A DNA stretch of 64,000 nt from an uncultured Desulfatitalea sp. (GTDB lineage: Bacteria > Desulfobacterota > Desulfobacteria > Desulfobacterales > Desulfosarcinaceae). The position numbers and the translations under genes were made by a program. The DNA lies in contig CAXXMB010000002.1 of assembly GCA_963668675.2 (NCBI GenBank), forward strand, positions 1,664,001-1,728,000. Reading direction: 5' to 3'. Each line of letters opens with the position of its first letter. The stretch's first letter is position 1. The notes beneath the pieces were generated by a model. That model was given only the letters and a program-made list of their open reading frames with translations. It was not told where the DNA came from and did not search any database. Positions 9,313 to 18,537 of this stretch are shown piece after piece.

Positions 9313-10730
9313 TCTATGATTTCTCCTTCGAGCCGCGCCATCAGTAGTCTGGCCTTTTCACCCGTCGCCATTTGGGTTGGTGCATGAAAGGTCGTGGTCG
9401 CAAGTTTGAGCCCCGATCCCGTATCGGATTGCAGGGCTAATATTCTGCCTCGCACGACCTGATTGCCTTCGTAATCGGTTTTGGGAAGCAACAGCCACAG
9501 GGTGTATTGGTTCGTGCGGGTGGTCAAATCTGTGGAACGAATCAGCTCACGCACCCGACGGGCAAACTCATCCATCACTTCGCGCACCCTGAGCCGGCCG
9601 ATGCGGTCCGTCAACTCGATGATATTTTGAATTCGGATACCGATGAGACTGAACTGCTCCTCCTTATGGCGCCGGCACAAGGAGAGCAACCAATCTACAA
9701 TGGATTCGAAATAGGATTGGTCTACGTTGTTCAAATCATCGAGCAGGGTGAACACATCATCCACCGAACCGGTGCGTGCGCTGATGCGACCCTTTTCCGT
9801 CAGTTGCAACGCATTGACGGACCTGGGCATCAAATCTTCCGGCGCGCTGGTCGTGTTGCAGTGCATGCAGCGGGCTATGATTTTAGGGTCGATGAAGACG
9901 TGCTGGCATGCATTGCATTGAAAATTTTCCAAGGGCCTGTCGTAATCCGCACCGATATGGCGCAAGCGGGCCGTACACTGAGGACACGTCAATCCTGTCT
10001 GAGAGAGAAACCGTTCCTCCGGTCCAACATGACCGCAGGCAAAGCAATGCAAAAAGGGTTTTTGTTCGATTTCGATGCTTCCACAACTGGGGCAGGTGTC
10101 GATGTAATTCAGATGAACGCCGTCGCACTTGGGACAGTGGCGCAACCGGTCCACTAACCGAACAGGGGCCAGCAGCTTCCTTTCAAGCAGACCCAGCAGC
10201 GTTTGTGTCCCATCGGACGGGGCCATCATCGCCTCGGCAATGGGGTAGCTGTAGTAGCGTTCGTTGCGCCACTCCCCGATCGGATCCAAAGAGGCTGACG
10301 GGCGAGAGTATAGATAAGCGAGCATTCGATAGGGGGCACTCTCCGGATCGGTAAATTGGGATAGATCCAGGTCGGCAAGCAGTCGCTCAATGGGCTTGGC
10401 TTTTTCCAAAGCCTCTTCAATCGTGTCCACCACGCCATCGCACAATCGCTCGACCAATTGCCCCAAGGATTTCAACAAGAAAACAGGCTTCAGGGCCATC
10501 GATGGTTCAGAACGCAAGTTTTTCAGCAACTTGCACGCCTTCGGCGCATCGTGGGTCCCGATCACGAAGCAAGTTGCCTCGGGCAGCTTCTGGCTGAACT
10601 CCAGATAGTTGTTATAGGTCGTTACCGGGACGCTCGCGTTGTTGGCCGCTTTGGCAAAATCGGGGGAAAGCGCAAAGCAGATCGCCCGACGGTCAACCCC
10701 GCTATCTGAATGGGTTATGGCGTGTTCCAT
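9309..10730 (-). CDS. TackOD1-like multi-zinc-ribbon protein with a degenerate GGDEF domain
   Basis: Six CxxC pairs (CPKC, CPSC, CFAC, CPQC, CNAC, CMHC) plus LRHIGADYDRP; C-terminal GGDEF fold with RSTD I-site but NQYTL in place of GGEEF; ATGA overlap with GT2. Confidence 0.75.
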   Translation of the reverse strand: MEHAITHSDSGVDRRAICFALSPDFAKAANNASVPVTTYNNYLEFSQKLPEATCFVIGTHDAPKACKLLKNLRSEPSMALKPVFLLKSLGQLVERLCDGVVDTIEEALEKAKPIERLLADLDLSQFTDPESAPYRMLAYLYSRPSASLDPIGEWRNERYYSYPIAEAMMAPSDGTQTLLGLLERKLLAPVRLVDRLRHCPKCDGVHLNYIDTCPSCGSIEIEQKPFLHCFACGHVGPEERFLSQTGLTCPQCTARLRHIGADYDRPLENFQCNACQHVFIDPKIIARCMHCNTTSAPEDLMPRSVNALQLTEKGRISARTGSVDDVFTLLDDLNNVDQSYFESIVDWLLSLCRRHKEEQFSLIGIRIQNIIELTDRIGRLRVREVMDEFARRVRELIRSTDLTTRTNQYTLWLLLPKTDYEGNQVVRGRILALQSDTGSGLKLATTTFHAPTQMATGEKARLLMARLEGEIIE

Positions 10731-10991
10731 TTTTATTTCTGTTTCCCATGAGATTCATTCCCACCGAATGCATTCGTCAGGCAGGCGATGTCTCCTGCCG
10801 GCTCCGAACGCTCTTCAATGCTGAATGATCTTGTAACCTGCATAAATCGTTCGAAATTGCCTCATAACGACCACTCGAGCATCACACAGTCGCACTCCCT
10901 GGCAAGACGATGCATGCGCTACGTTCACATCAAAATGCTTTATGTGGTTATAATTTCGGAAAATTTCGGAAAAACTTGAATGGGAAGATGA

Positions 10992-12554
10992 CTATTTCCC
11001 GGATCTGGGAACGGAAGGAAAACGGCCGGGATCGGTATGGGGAATAAACTTTGCGGCCGAAAAACGGTTCATGAAATCCTGATTGACGTTCAACTCCATA
11101 TAGGTGATGCCGTCGCGGATAGCATCGATGTCAACCACCGCCTCACGGGAAAGCAACGCCAGCGTTGCCCCACCCAGGGAGGTATTGCCAACGGATTTGA
11201 AAGCGGACAGTGGAAGATCGGGCAGCATTCCTATAGTGATCGCGGAGCGGGGATTGATGAACGATCCGAAGGTACCGGCCACATAGAAGCTCCCCAGCTC
11301 GTCGAGAGCGATGCCCATGCTGCCGGTGAGTGTCTCCAGAATCGTGTACATGGCAGCCTTGGAGCGGATCAGACTGTCCATGTCGGCCTGGCTGATACAT
11401 AGGGGCCGGCCGTCGGCAGATGCCTCGGCCGGCACGATGATCACGTGGGCCAAGCCGTCCTGTTCCATCAGCCGGTCACCACAGGCAACAGGCTGGAATT
11501 TACCTCGGATATCGATCATTTCGGATAGGAAGAGCTGGGCCGCCAGATCGATCACGCCGGAACCGCAGATTCCCTTGGGCGGCAACTGCTCGATGGTGTG
11601 AATATCGAAGGTCCGGGTTTCGGGATCGATGCGAATCCGATCGATGACCCCGGGGGCCGCTGTGGTGCCCATGCGCGTAACCCCGCCCTCGAGGGCCGGC
11701 CCGGCAGCCCCGGCGCAGGCCATCATCCACTCCTTGTTCCCCAGTACCACCTCCGCGTTGGTGCCCACATCCACCAGGAGGGCGGTCTCCGACTGACGAT
11801 GCAGACCGGTGAAAAGGATGCCTGAGATCAGATCGCCGCCAAAATAGCTGCCAACGCCGGGAAAGATAAAAATCTGCGCACCGGGGTGCACGGAGATTCC
11901 CAGCTCGGCAGCCGGGATCAAGCCGAAGCGGTTGACGGCCGGAATGTAGGGCTCACGGATAATCCAGTGCGCCGGCAGGCCTGCCAGCAGATGGCTCATG
12001 GCGGTGTTGCCGGCAACCGTAACCAGATGAATCTGCTCGGGGGCCAACGCCGCTGAGCGACACAGCTCGACCACCCCCAGATTCATCCCCTCGGCGATCA
12101 GCTGCTGAAGCTCGTCAAGGCCGCCGCTCTGGTCCGTATGATGAATGCGTGCCAGCACATCCGGTCCGATGGCGGCCTGGGGATTGTCAAACGCATGTTC
12201 GGCCACGATCCGCCGGCTCTCCAAATCCACCAGTCGCATCACCACGCGGGTGGTTCCCAGATCCACAGCAAGACCCGCCAGGGTAGCCTCTTCGCCGGTT
12301 ACATGGATCAGCACACCGCATCCGCGCTCCTTGAAAAGAACGCAGCGCACCTGGTAGTCCGCCTCCCGGAGGATTTGGGGAAGCTGACGCAATAAGGCCA
12401 GATCGACGTGGATCTGATCGACCCCGAGTTCGTGTTTGAGCGCCCGCAACAGCCGGTCGGCATCTGCGGAGTTGTCCGCCAGGGAGGGCGGCTGCAGGGT
12501 CACCTGAACCACCCAGCCAGATGTATTTTCGTCCAATTGTGACAGATCGATCAT
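10992..12554 (-). CDS. ASKHA/DUF4445 reductive activator of corrinoid proteins (RACo-like), lacking the N-terminal 2Fe-2S domain
   Basis: AVDLGTT, NPQ..IGPDVL.RI, AGNTAM, LLVDVGTNAE, AAGPALEG, GICGSG, AGTFG, GNTSL.GA. Confidence 0.9.
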   Translation of the reverse strand: MIDLSQLDENTSGWVVQVTLQPPSLADNSADADRLLRALKHELGVDQIHVDLALLRQLPQILREADYQVRCVLFKERGCGVLIHVTGEEATLAGLAVDLGTTRVVMRLVDLESRRIVAEHAFDNPQAAIGPDVLARIHHTDQSGGLDELQQLIAEGMNLGVVELCRSAALAPEQIHLVTVAGNTAMSHLLAGLPAHWIIREPYIPAVNRFGLIPAAELGISVHPGAQIFIFPGVGSYFGGDLISGILFTGLHRQSETALLVDVGTNAEVVLGNKEWMMACAGAAGPALEGGVTRMGTTAAPGVIDRIRIDPETRTFDIHTIEQLPPKGICGSGVIDLAAQLFLSEMIDIRGKFQPVACGDRLMEQDGLAHVIIVPAEASADGRPLCISQADMDSLIRSKAAMYTILETLTGSMGIALDELGSFYVAGTFGSFINPRSAITIGMLPDLPLSAFKSVGNTSLGGATLALLSREAVVDIDAIRDGITYMELNVNQDFMNRFSAAKFIPHTDPGRFPSVPRSGK

Positions 12555-12612
12555 TGCAGTGTTGTCCCGAATCGTTGACGGTCATCGAAAAATGAGTTGC
12601 TCAAAAGGAGAT

Positions 12613-12642
12613 GTTATATGAGGCAGGCAAACCGGCTGTCAA
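12613..12642 (-). promoter_or_regulatory. Candidate sigma70 promoter for the RACo-like gene
   Basis: Minus strand TTGACA-18 nt-TATAAC. Confidence 0.4.
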
Positions 12643-12718
12643 TAGAAGCCGTCCCTACGATCGGCTGTCACGCGGCGGGCTGCTTGAAGCGCGATGTCAC
12701 TACCCCTGTCTACTGCAT

Positions 12719-12816
12719 CGGGCGGACATAAAGCCCGCCCCTACGATAATATTTTAAATAAATACAAACTATTGAAAAACAACAAGGCATGTAGGGACGT
12801 GGTTTATTCCAGCCCG
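12719..12816. repeat. Inverted pair of GTAG-type REP palindromes (REPIN-like)
   Basis: cgggcggacataaagcccgcccctac (12719-12744) and gtagggacgtggtttattccagcccg (12791-12816) around an AT-rich spacer; a related copy lies at 48305. Confidence 0.7.
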
Positions 12817-12893
12817 GTTCGATAGCTCCGAATCCTTAAATCAACAACTTTGGGTCGGAATAGGAAGAATTCCTTCGCTTTAAACTTTCCACT

Positions 12894-13655
12894 TTAAACT
12901 TTAATCTTCTTTACCCTGTCCACCATCTCATCCATAATCTCACCAGCAGGCCCCAACAGCGTCACGTCGCTGATCCGATCGGTCAACACTGTCGATTCGG
13001 GATTGATTTCAATGATAAATGCGCCGCTGTGCTTGGCGATGAGCGGCAGGGAGGCGGCCGGCTCCACGGTGCCCGAGGTGCCGATCACCAGCATCACATC
13101 ACAGCCGGCGGAGAGCAGTTGGGAGCGCTGCAGCAGGTTGGGATCGATCATCTCCCCAAACAGCACCACATCGGGTCGCAGCACGCCGCCGCACCGGCAC
13201 TTGGGCGGAAGATGGTCAAGCGGCACCGCCTTCGCGTCAAGTCTCTGGCTGCATGCTGAGCAGCGCAGGAAAGCATGGGTTCCGTGAAATTCGATGACGT
13301 CGCTGTTGCCGGCCTGCTGGTGCAGCCCATCCACATTCTGGGTGATCACGGTCTGCAAAACGCCGAAATCTTCAAGTTGCTGCAACCCCTTGTGGGCGGC
13401 GTTGGGAGACGCCTTTTCCAGAACGTCGGACATGCCGATGAAGAGAACCTCCCACACTTCGGCCGGATTGTTTTCGAAGGCCGCCACATGGGCATACTTC
13501 ATGGGGTCGATCTTCTCCCACAAACCGCCTTTGCCGCGAAAGGGCGGTATTCCGCTCTCCACGGAGATGCCGGCGCCGGTCAGGGCGACCCCCTTGCGAG
13601 CCCCAGCACAGGCAGCCGCGGCCTGTTCGATGAGTGAAGAAGGTGTTTTCGTCAT
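12894..13655 (-). CDS. cobB: NAD-dependent protein deacylase (sirtuin)
   Basis: TGAGISVESGIPPFRG, ITQNVDGLH, EFHG, zinc cysteines, RPDVVLFGE, GTSG.V.PA, EIN. Confidence 0.92.
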   Translation of the reverse strand: MTKTPSSLIEQAAAACAGARKGVALTGAGISVESGIPPFRGKGGLWEKIDPMKYAHVAAFENNPAEVWEVLFIGMSDVLEKASPNAAHKGLQQLEDFGVLQTVITQNVDGLHQQAGNSDVIEFHGTHAFLRCSACSQRLDAKAVPLDHLPPKCRCGGVLRPDVVLFGEMIDPNLLQRSQLLSAGCDVMLVIGTSGTVEPAASLPLIAKHSGAFIIEINPESTVLTDRISDVTLLGPAGEIMDEMVDRVKKIKV

Positions 13656-13666
13656 GATATGTCACC

Positions 13667-14506
13667 CTATAGTTCGTATTCCCAGCCAGCACCTACCGCA
13701 GAGCACTGCATATCGACACCCCGCTCGGCGATGATTTTATGGCTGGCGGCCACCATTTCGTCCACTTCGTCGTCGGTGCGCTCCTGATTATGGTGAAACA
13801 GCCCCAGGTCTTTGACTTCTGCCTTGAAAGCCAGTTCCAGGACATCCACATATGACGAGTGGCCCCACTCCATTAGAAGTTTGTACTCCCGTGGCGTATA
13901 TTCGGCATCGTGAATCAGTAGATCCGCCCCGCGGCAAAAATCAAGGTAAGCCGTCGCAGGTAGCCCGCCCGGATGGACGAAGCCCAGCTCGTTGTCGGTC
14001 AGAAAGACAAAGGTTTTTCCATCTTCGATGAATTTGTAGCCCTTGCCGGTGTTGGGGTGGCTGATCTGAATGGGAACCACCGTGACCGAACCGATTTCAA
14101 ACTTCTCGGGGTTACCCTCTTCATGGACGATCTTGGCTTTGAGGTCGGAGTAGCGGACAGGAAAATTGGGGGGCGCCATCACCTTGGAGAACATGCTCTC
14201 CATAAACTTTTTGTGAAACGGCCCGCGATGCATCCGGATTTCCGGATGCTCCAGGAACAGGGGCTTAAAAAAAGGGAATCCCATCAAATGGTCCCAGTGG
14301 CCGTGGGTCAGCAAAAAATTGTACTGATAGCGCCCCTCCTGAATCAAGGCGTTGCCCAGGCGTCGGATGCCGGTGCCGGCGTCGACAATAATGATGTCAT
14401 CACTCTTGGTTCGGATCTCCAGGCAAGTGGTGTCTCCGCCATACTTGATGTACTCTTTCCCCGATACGGGAATGGAGCCCCTCGATCCCCAGCAACGTAT
14501 TCTCAT
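13667..14506 (-). CDS. MBL-fold metallo-hydrolase (phosphodiesterase-like)
   Basis: GSRGSIP, YGGDTTCL, DAGTG, THGHWDH, TDNE, HDAEY, WGHS, FHH. Confidence 0.9.
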   Translation of the reverse strand: MRIRCWGSRGSIPVSGKEYIKYGGDTTCLEIRTKSDDIIIVDAGTGIRRLGNALIQEGRYQYNFLLTHGHWDHLMGFPFFKPLFLEHPEIRMHRGPFHKKFMESMFSKVMAPPNFPVRYSDLKAKIVHEEGNPEKFEIGSVTVVPIQISHPNTGKGYKFIEDGKTFVFLTDNELGFVHPGGLPATAYLDFCRGADLLIHDAEYTPREYKLLMEWGHSSYVDVLELAFKAEVKDLGLFHHNQERTDDEVDEMVAASHKIIAERGVDMQCSAVGAGWEYEL

Positions 14507-14543
14507 GGCCGCCCCTTCTGCTTGTCTGTTCGTCAGGTCCTGT

Positions 14544-15413
14544 CTATGCTGCGGTGCGTCCGTAGTAAGTGTACCATGTACCGTCCCATTCCCACTTTCT
14601 TAGAATCTCGACCGGCTGCTGCTTCAGTCGGTATTCGATCTCCCTGGCCTCGGATCGCAGCAGCCCGGAGAGAATGAACTGCTTCTGAAGGCCGAAGCCT
14701 GCGGAGGCAACCAGATCCCGCATCACGGCATAATGAATATTGGATACCATAAGGTCGCTTGGAATGTCCATAAAATCCATGGCATTACCCTGGGCAACCA
14801 GCACTGCCGGCTCCATCCGGTTGGCCACGACATTGCGGCGAGCCGTCTCAACGGCCAAACGGTTCAAGTCAACCGCCACAACAGCATTCGCGCCTAAGCG
14901 TGCCGCAGCCAGCGCCAGCAGGCCGGTGCCAGTGCCGATATCGAGTACGGTCTCCATGGGACCTGCATCGAAGGCGAGCTGCATGGCCGTCAAACAGTCG
15001 CTCGTAGTTGGGTGCTTGCCGGTACCAAAAACCACCCCCGGATCGAGTACGATGGCCTGGCTGCCCATGGCACCGTCATCTTCATGCCAGGGTGGTACGA
15101 AAGAGAGCCTGCCGGACTGAAACGGCTTGACGACATGTCCCTGCCACTCCTCGTAGGTCATCTGAAACCGATCCTGCAACACCAGCTCGGACTGCTGCTC
15201 GATCAAACGCGATACGGTATCGTCGGCCGGCCTACTGAAAAAGAGAAACGAATCGCCACCCTCTTCCCAGTTGCCGATGTAGTCCGACTCGCCGGCCAGC
15301 GGGTCGCCCACAATACGACCATTTAAATAGTAGATATGAAGATCTTCGTAGGGGAAAGTAACAGCAGCGGAACGGTTCATGGCAGGATCGGGTGCGGATA
15401 GCGTCTCGTTCAT
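14544..15413 (-). CDS. prmA: Ribosomal protein L11 methyltransferase family
   Basis: LDPGVVFGTGKHPTT, VLDIGTGTGLLA, ILSGL. Confidence 0.82.
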   Translation of the reverse strand: MNETLSAPDPAMNRSAAVTFPYEDLHIYYLNGRIVGDPLAGESDYIGNWEEGGDSFLFFSRPADDTVSRLIEQQSELVLQDRFQMTYEEWQGHVVKPFQSGRLSFVPPWHEDDGAMGSQAIVLDPGVVFGTGKHPTTSDCLTAMQLAFDAGPMETVLDIGTGTGLLALAAARLGANAVVAVDLNRLAVETARRNVVANRMEPAVLVAQGNAMDFMDIPSDLMVSNIHYAVMRDLVASAGFGLQKQFILSGLLRSEAREIEYRLKQQPVEILRKWEWDGTWYTYYGRTAA

Positions 15414-15425
15414 GGTTAAATAGCT

Positions 15426-15453
15426 GTAGGGGCGCGATGCATCGTGCCTCTAC
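15426..15453. repeat. GTAG-type REP palindrome (second subfamily)
   Basis: gtaggggcgcgatgcatcgtgcctctac; related copy at 24490. Confidence 0.65.
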
Positions 15454-15517
15454 CAATGCTCTGCACGCTGCTCTGCAATCCCTTGCCAGCTCAGGATATG
15501 GAGTTTTCCGGCTTAAG

Positions 15518-16207
15518 CTACGTTAGGGGCTGCTCTGCTTTGGGCAACTGGTCCAAATACCACTTCATTGGGTCCAGTATCTCGAATCCCAGATCGCGCA
15601 GCTTTTGTTTGACCCGCATGACGTTGTTGGTCAGCAGATAGGTAAAGACGGCCCTTTTGTCCTTCTCAAAATAGCGTGCCACCAGAACGCTTCCACAGGA
15701 GATCTTCTCTTCGGTAATGACATCGACAATGCGCTTCAACTGGCCCACTTTCTCTTCGACCAATATGCACAAAAGGGTACCGGGCTCGCCGATTCCCAGC
15801 ACATTGATAAAGGCCCGCAACAGGTCGCGCACCGAGATGATACCCTTGAGCTTGTTCTCCCGGTCCACTACGGGAAACGCCCCCACACGTTTCTCCTGGA
15901 ACAGCAAGAGCGCATCCTGCAGCGTGTGCTCGGGAGAGATGGTTGCCGGCTTGGCGGTCATGTATTCTTCAACCTTGATGTGGGCATATTTGCTGCGCTC
16001 CTGGGGATCCGCCTTGCCTTTGGCCAGGTTGTAGGGCAGCGCACTTCGAATGTCGCGATCCGTGACGATCCCGACGAGACGGTTGTCGGCATCGATCACG
16101 GGCAGATGGCGAACGTTGTGCTCATTCATCAAGTCCTGGGCCTCCAGCAGCGCCGTCTCTTTGGCCACCGTGATCACCTTTTCCTTCATGGATCGGCTGA
16201 CAAACAT
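15518..16207 (-). CDS. CBS-pair plus ACT domain protein (AcuB-like)
   Basis: Two CBS repeats (VRHLPVID..LVGIVTDRDI; VGAFPVVD..GIISVRDL) and a C-terminal ACT-like domain. Confidence 0.88.
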   Translation of the reverse strand: MFVSRSMKEKVITVAKETALLEAQDLMNEHNVRHLPVIDADNRLVGIVTDRDIRSALPYNLAKGKADPQERSKYAHIKVEEYMTAKPATISPEHTLQDALLLFQEKRVGAFPVVDRENKLKGIISVRDLLRAFINVLGIGEPGTLLCILVEEKVGQLKRIVDVITEEKISCGSVLVARYFEKDKRAVFTYLLTNNVMRVKQKLRDLGFEILDPMKWYLDQLPKAEQPLT

Positions 16208-16221
16208 CTTCTCTCCTCCTT

Positions 16222-17172
16222 CTATGCTTCGAGCAAAATCCGCACGTGATCGGCCGCCAGCTCGGGTAGACGATCCAGGGCATAGCCGCCCTCCAATACA
16301 GATATCACGCGACCGTTGGAATGGTGCTCGGCCAACTTCATAATCTCACGCATGATCCAGGCGAACCCTTCCGTGGTCAATCGCATGTCCGCCATATCAT
16401 CATCCTTATGGGCATCAAAACCGGTGGAGACAATAATCACCTCGGGCCCAAACGCTTCGAAGGCCGGCAGCATATCCTGCTCGATCATGCTCCGGTACTC
16501 CTCGTCGCTCTGGCCGGGCAACATCGGTGAATTCTTGGTAAACCCATAACCATCGCCGGAACCCACTTCAAATTCACGCCCCGTTCCGGGATAGGCAAAC
16601 GAGGGATGCTGATGAATGGAGTAGTAGAATACAGAAGGATCTTTTTCAAAGATGTGTTGGGTGCCATTTCCGTGGTGCACATCAAAGTCGATGATACCGA
16701 CGTGTTTGATGTTCCACTCCTTCTGCAGATAGCGGGCGAGGATGGCCACATTGTTGAAATAACAAAATCCCATGGCCTCGGCAGTCTCTGCATGGTGACC
16801 CGGCGGGCGAACCGCGCAGAAGGCGTTGTCGAGTTCACCGGCCATGATCATGCGCCCCGTCTCCAAAACACCACCTGCGGCCAGAAAAGCGGTTTCATAG
16901 GTTTCCCGGCACATCTGATTGTCCTCGCAGTCCAACGTGCGATGACCAGACAGGCAAACCTCTTCGAAACGGCGAATGTAAGTTTCAGCATGCACCGCCT
17001 CAACCCATTTCATCTCTGCCGGCCGGGCGTTGATCCGCACCAACTTCGGCAACAGCCCCGCCTCTTCGATCCCTGCATAGATGGCCTGCAGACGTTCCGC
17101 ACGCTCCGGGTGGTAGGGCCCGGTGTCGTGCAGCAGGTATCTCTGGTCATACAGCAAACCTGTTTTTTTCAT
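16222..17172 (-). CDS. Zn-dependent histone deacetylase family protein
   Basis: HPERAERL, RPPGHHA, GFCYFNN, DFDVHHGNGTQ, GFDAH..D, LEGGY. Confidence 0.93.
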   Translation of the reverse strand: MKKTGLLYDQRYLLHDTGPYHPERAERLQAIYAGIEEAGLLPKLVRINARPAEMKWVEAVHAETYIRRFEEVCLSGHRTLDCEDNQMCRETYETAFLAAGGVLETGRMIMAGELDNAFCAVRPPGHHAETAEAMGFCYFNNVAILARYLQKEWNIKHVGIIDFDVHHGNGTQHIFEKDPSVFYYSIHQHPSFAYPGTGREFEVGSGDGYGFTKNSPMLPGQSDEEYRSMIEQDMLPAFEAFGPEVIIVSTGFDAHKDDDMADMRLTTEGFAWIMREIMKLAEHHSNGRVISVLEGGYALDRLPELAADHVRILLEA

Positions 17173-17351
17173 TGCCTGCCCCTTGAAGCTTTGCGCTCAC
17201 CCCTCATGCCGCCACAACCTTACCGTATCGGCAGGGGGCTGATCGCACCTTTTGAGTATCCATTAGCGACAACGGGCCATCGGCAAAACCGCTACTGATC
17301 TGTTGCGACCAGAGAAAAAGCGGTCGCATGTTCGTGCCTACCGCTGCCGGT

Positions 17352-18101
17352 TCACGCGAATATTTTGTCGAATATAGCGAAGGCCGCCTTCACCGCAGGA
17401 TTGTCCTGTTCGATATCGATGGTCGGCCGGCCTTTGAGATCGAACGAGTAGACCGTTTCATCATCGGGTACGGTACCGGCAAATTCGAGACCGTCCTCGC
17501 CGATGAGATCCATAATCTCCTTTTCCGGATCGGACTTTACCCGGTTCATCACCAGAAAGCTCTTTTTTACACCGATGTTGAGATCCTGCGCCAGCTTATG
17601 GATGCGCAACCCCGCCTGCAGCCCGCGTCGGGAGGTATCGGTAACGATCAACAGCACGTCCACATTGTGGGTGGTCAATCGGCTGATGTGCTCCATGCCG
17701 GCCTCGTTGTCCATCACCACAAAGTCGTAGTTGCCCACCAGCCGCTCCATCAGATTGGTCAACAGGCTGTTGGCCGCGCAGTAGCAACCGGCTCCCTCGG
17801 GTTGGCCCATCACCACTAGATCGTATCCCTCCTCTTCGGCCACCGACTCTTCGAGCCGCATCTCCATGAAGATGTCTTTGGTCATGCCGGAGGGCACTTT
17901 CCCCTTTTTCATATCTTCACGCGCCTGGCCCAGCGTATCCTTCACCTCCAGACCCAACACCTCATTGAGGTTGGCATTGCAATCGGCATCCACCGCCAGA
18001 ATGGGTGTTTTGCCCTTTGAAACCAGATACTTGATCAACAACCCGGATATGGTGGTTTTCCCCGTACCGCCCTTGCCTGCCAACGCTATTGTAAACGCCA
18101 T
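17352..18101 (-). CDS. cooC: CooC/AcsF nickel-insertion ATPase for CODH/ACS
   Basis: GKGGTGKTT, DADCN.NL, GCYC.AN, DNEAGMEH.SR. Confidence 0.9.
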   Translation of the reverse strand: MAFTIALAGKGGTGKTTISGLLIKYLVSKGKTPILAVDADCNANLNEVLGLEVKDTLGQAREDMKKGKVPSGMTKDIFMEMRLEESVAEEEGYDLVVMGQPEGAGCYCAANSLLTNLMERLVGNYDFVVMDNEAGMEHISRLTTHNVDVLLIVTDTSRRGLQAGLRIHKLAQDLNIGVKKSFLVMNRVKSDPEKEIMDLIGEDGLEFAGTVPDDETVYSFDLKGRPTIDIEQDNPAVKAAFAIFDKIFA

Positions 18102-18537
18102 TGTTCTAGAACCTTCCTGTCCATTTGTAACGACCATTGGATATGATCAGATCAACACAATGAGATGTCACACCGGTCTGCATAGACCCTTTTTAAATTC
18201 CACCTCACCTGAACCCGTTTCCATGTCCATACGCAAGGCCCTTCACGCCGGAATGGGCCCAAAAGATGTCACTCTCTTTATATTGGCGCGCGAACACCTA
18301 AAGTTAGGTAAGTTGAAGCCCACAGTCAAGCGCCTTTTAGGCCCCATGGCACAAACGACTCCGAAAATGAGTCATTCGGCAACACGCCTTCACTTTAAAC
18401 TTATCAATTTACACTCTAAACTCCCGGCCAAGCCGGGATACGGCTTGCATTCACCCATCCGCTATGTTACCTATCCTCTATATAAACCATAAGATAACCT
18501 GCCAACAACAATAGCTATTCTTCCCAAGGAGGGTTCC

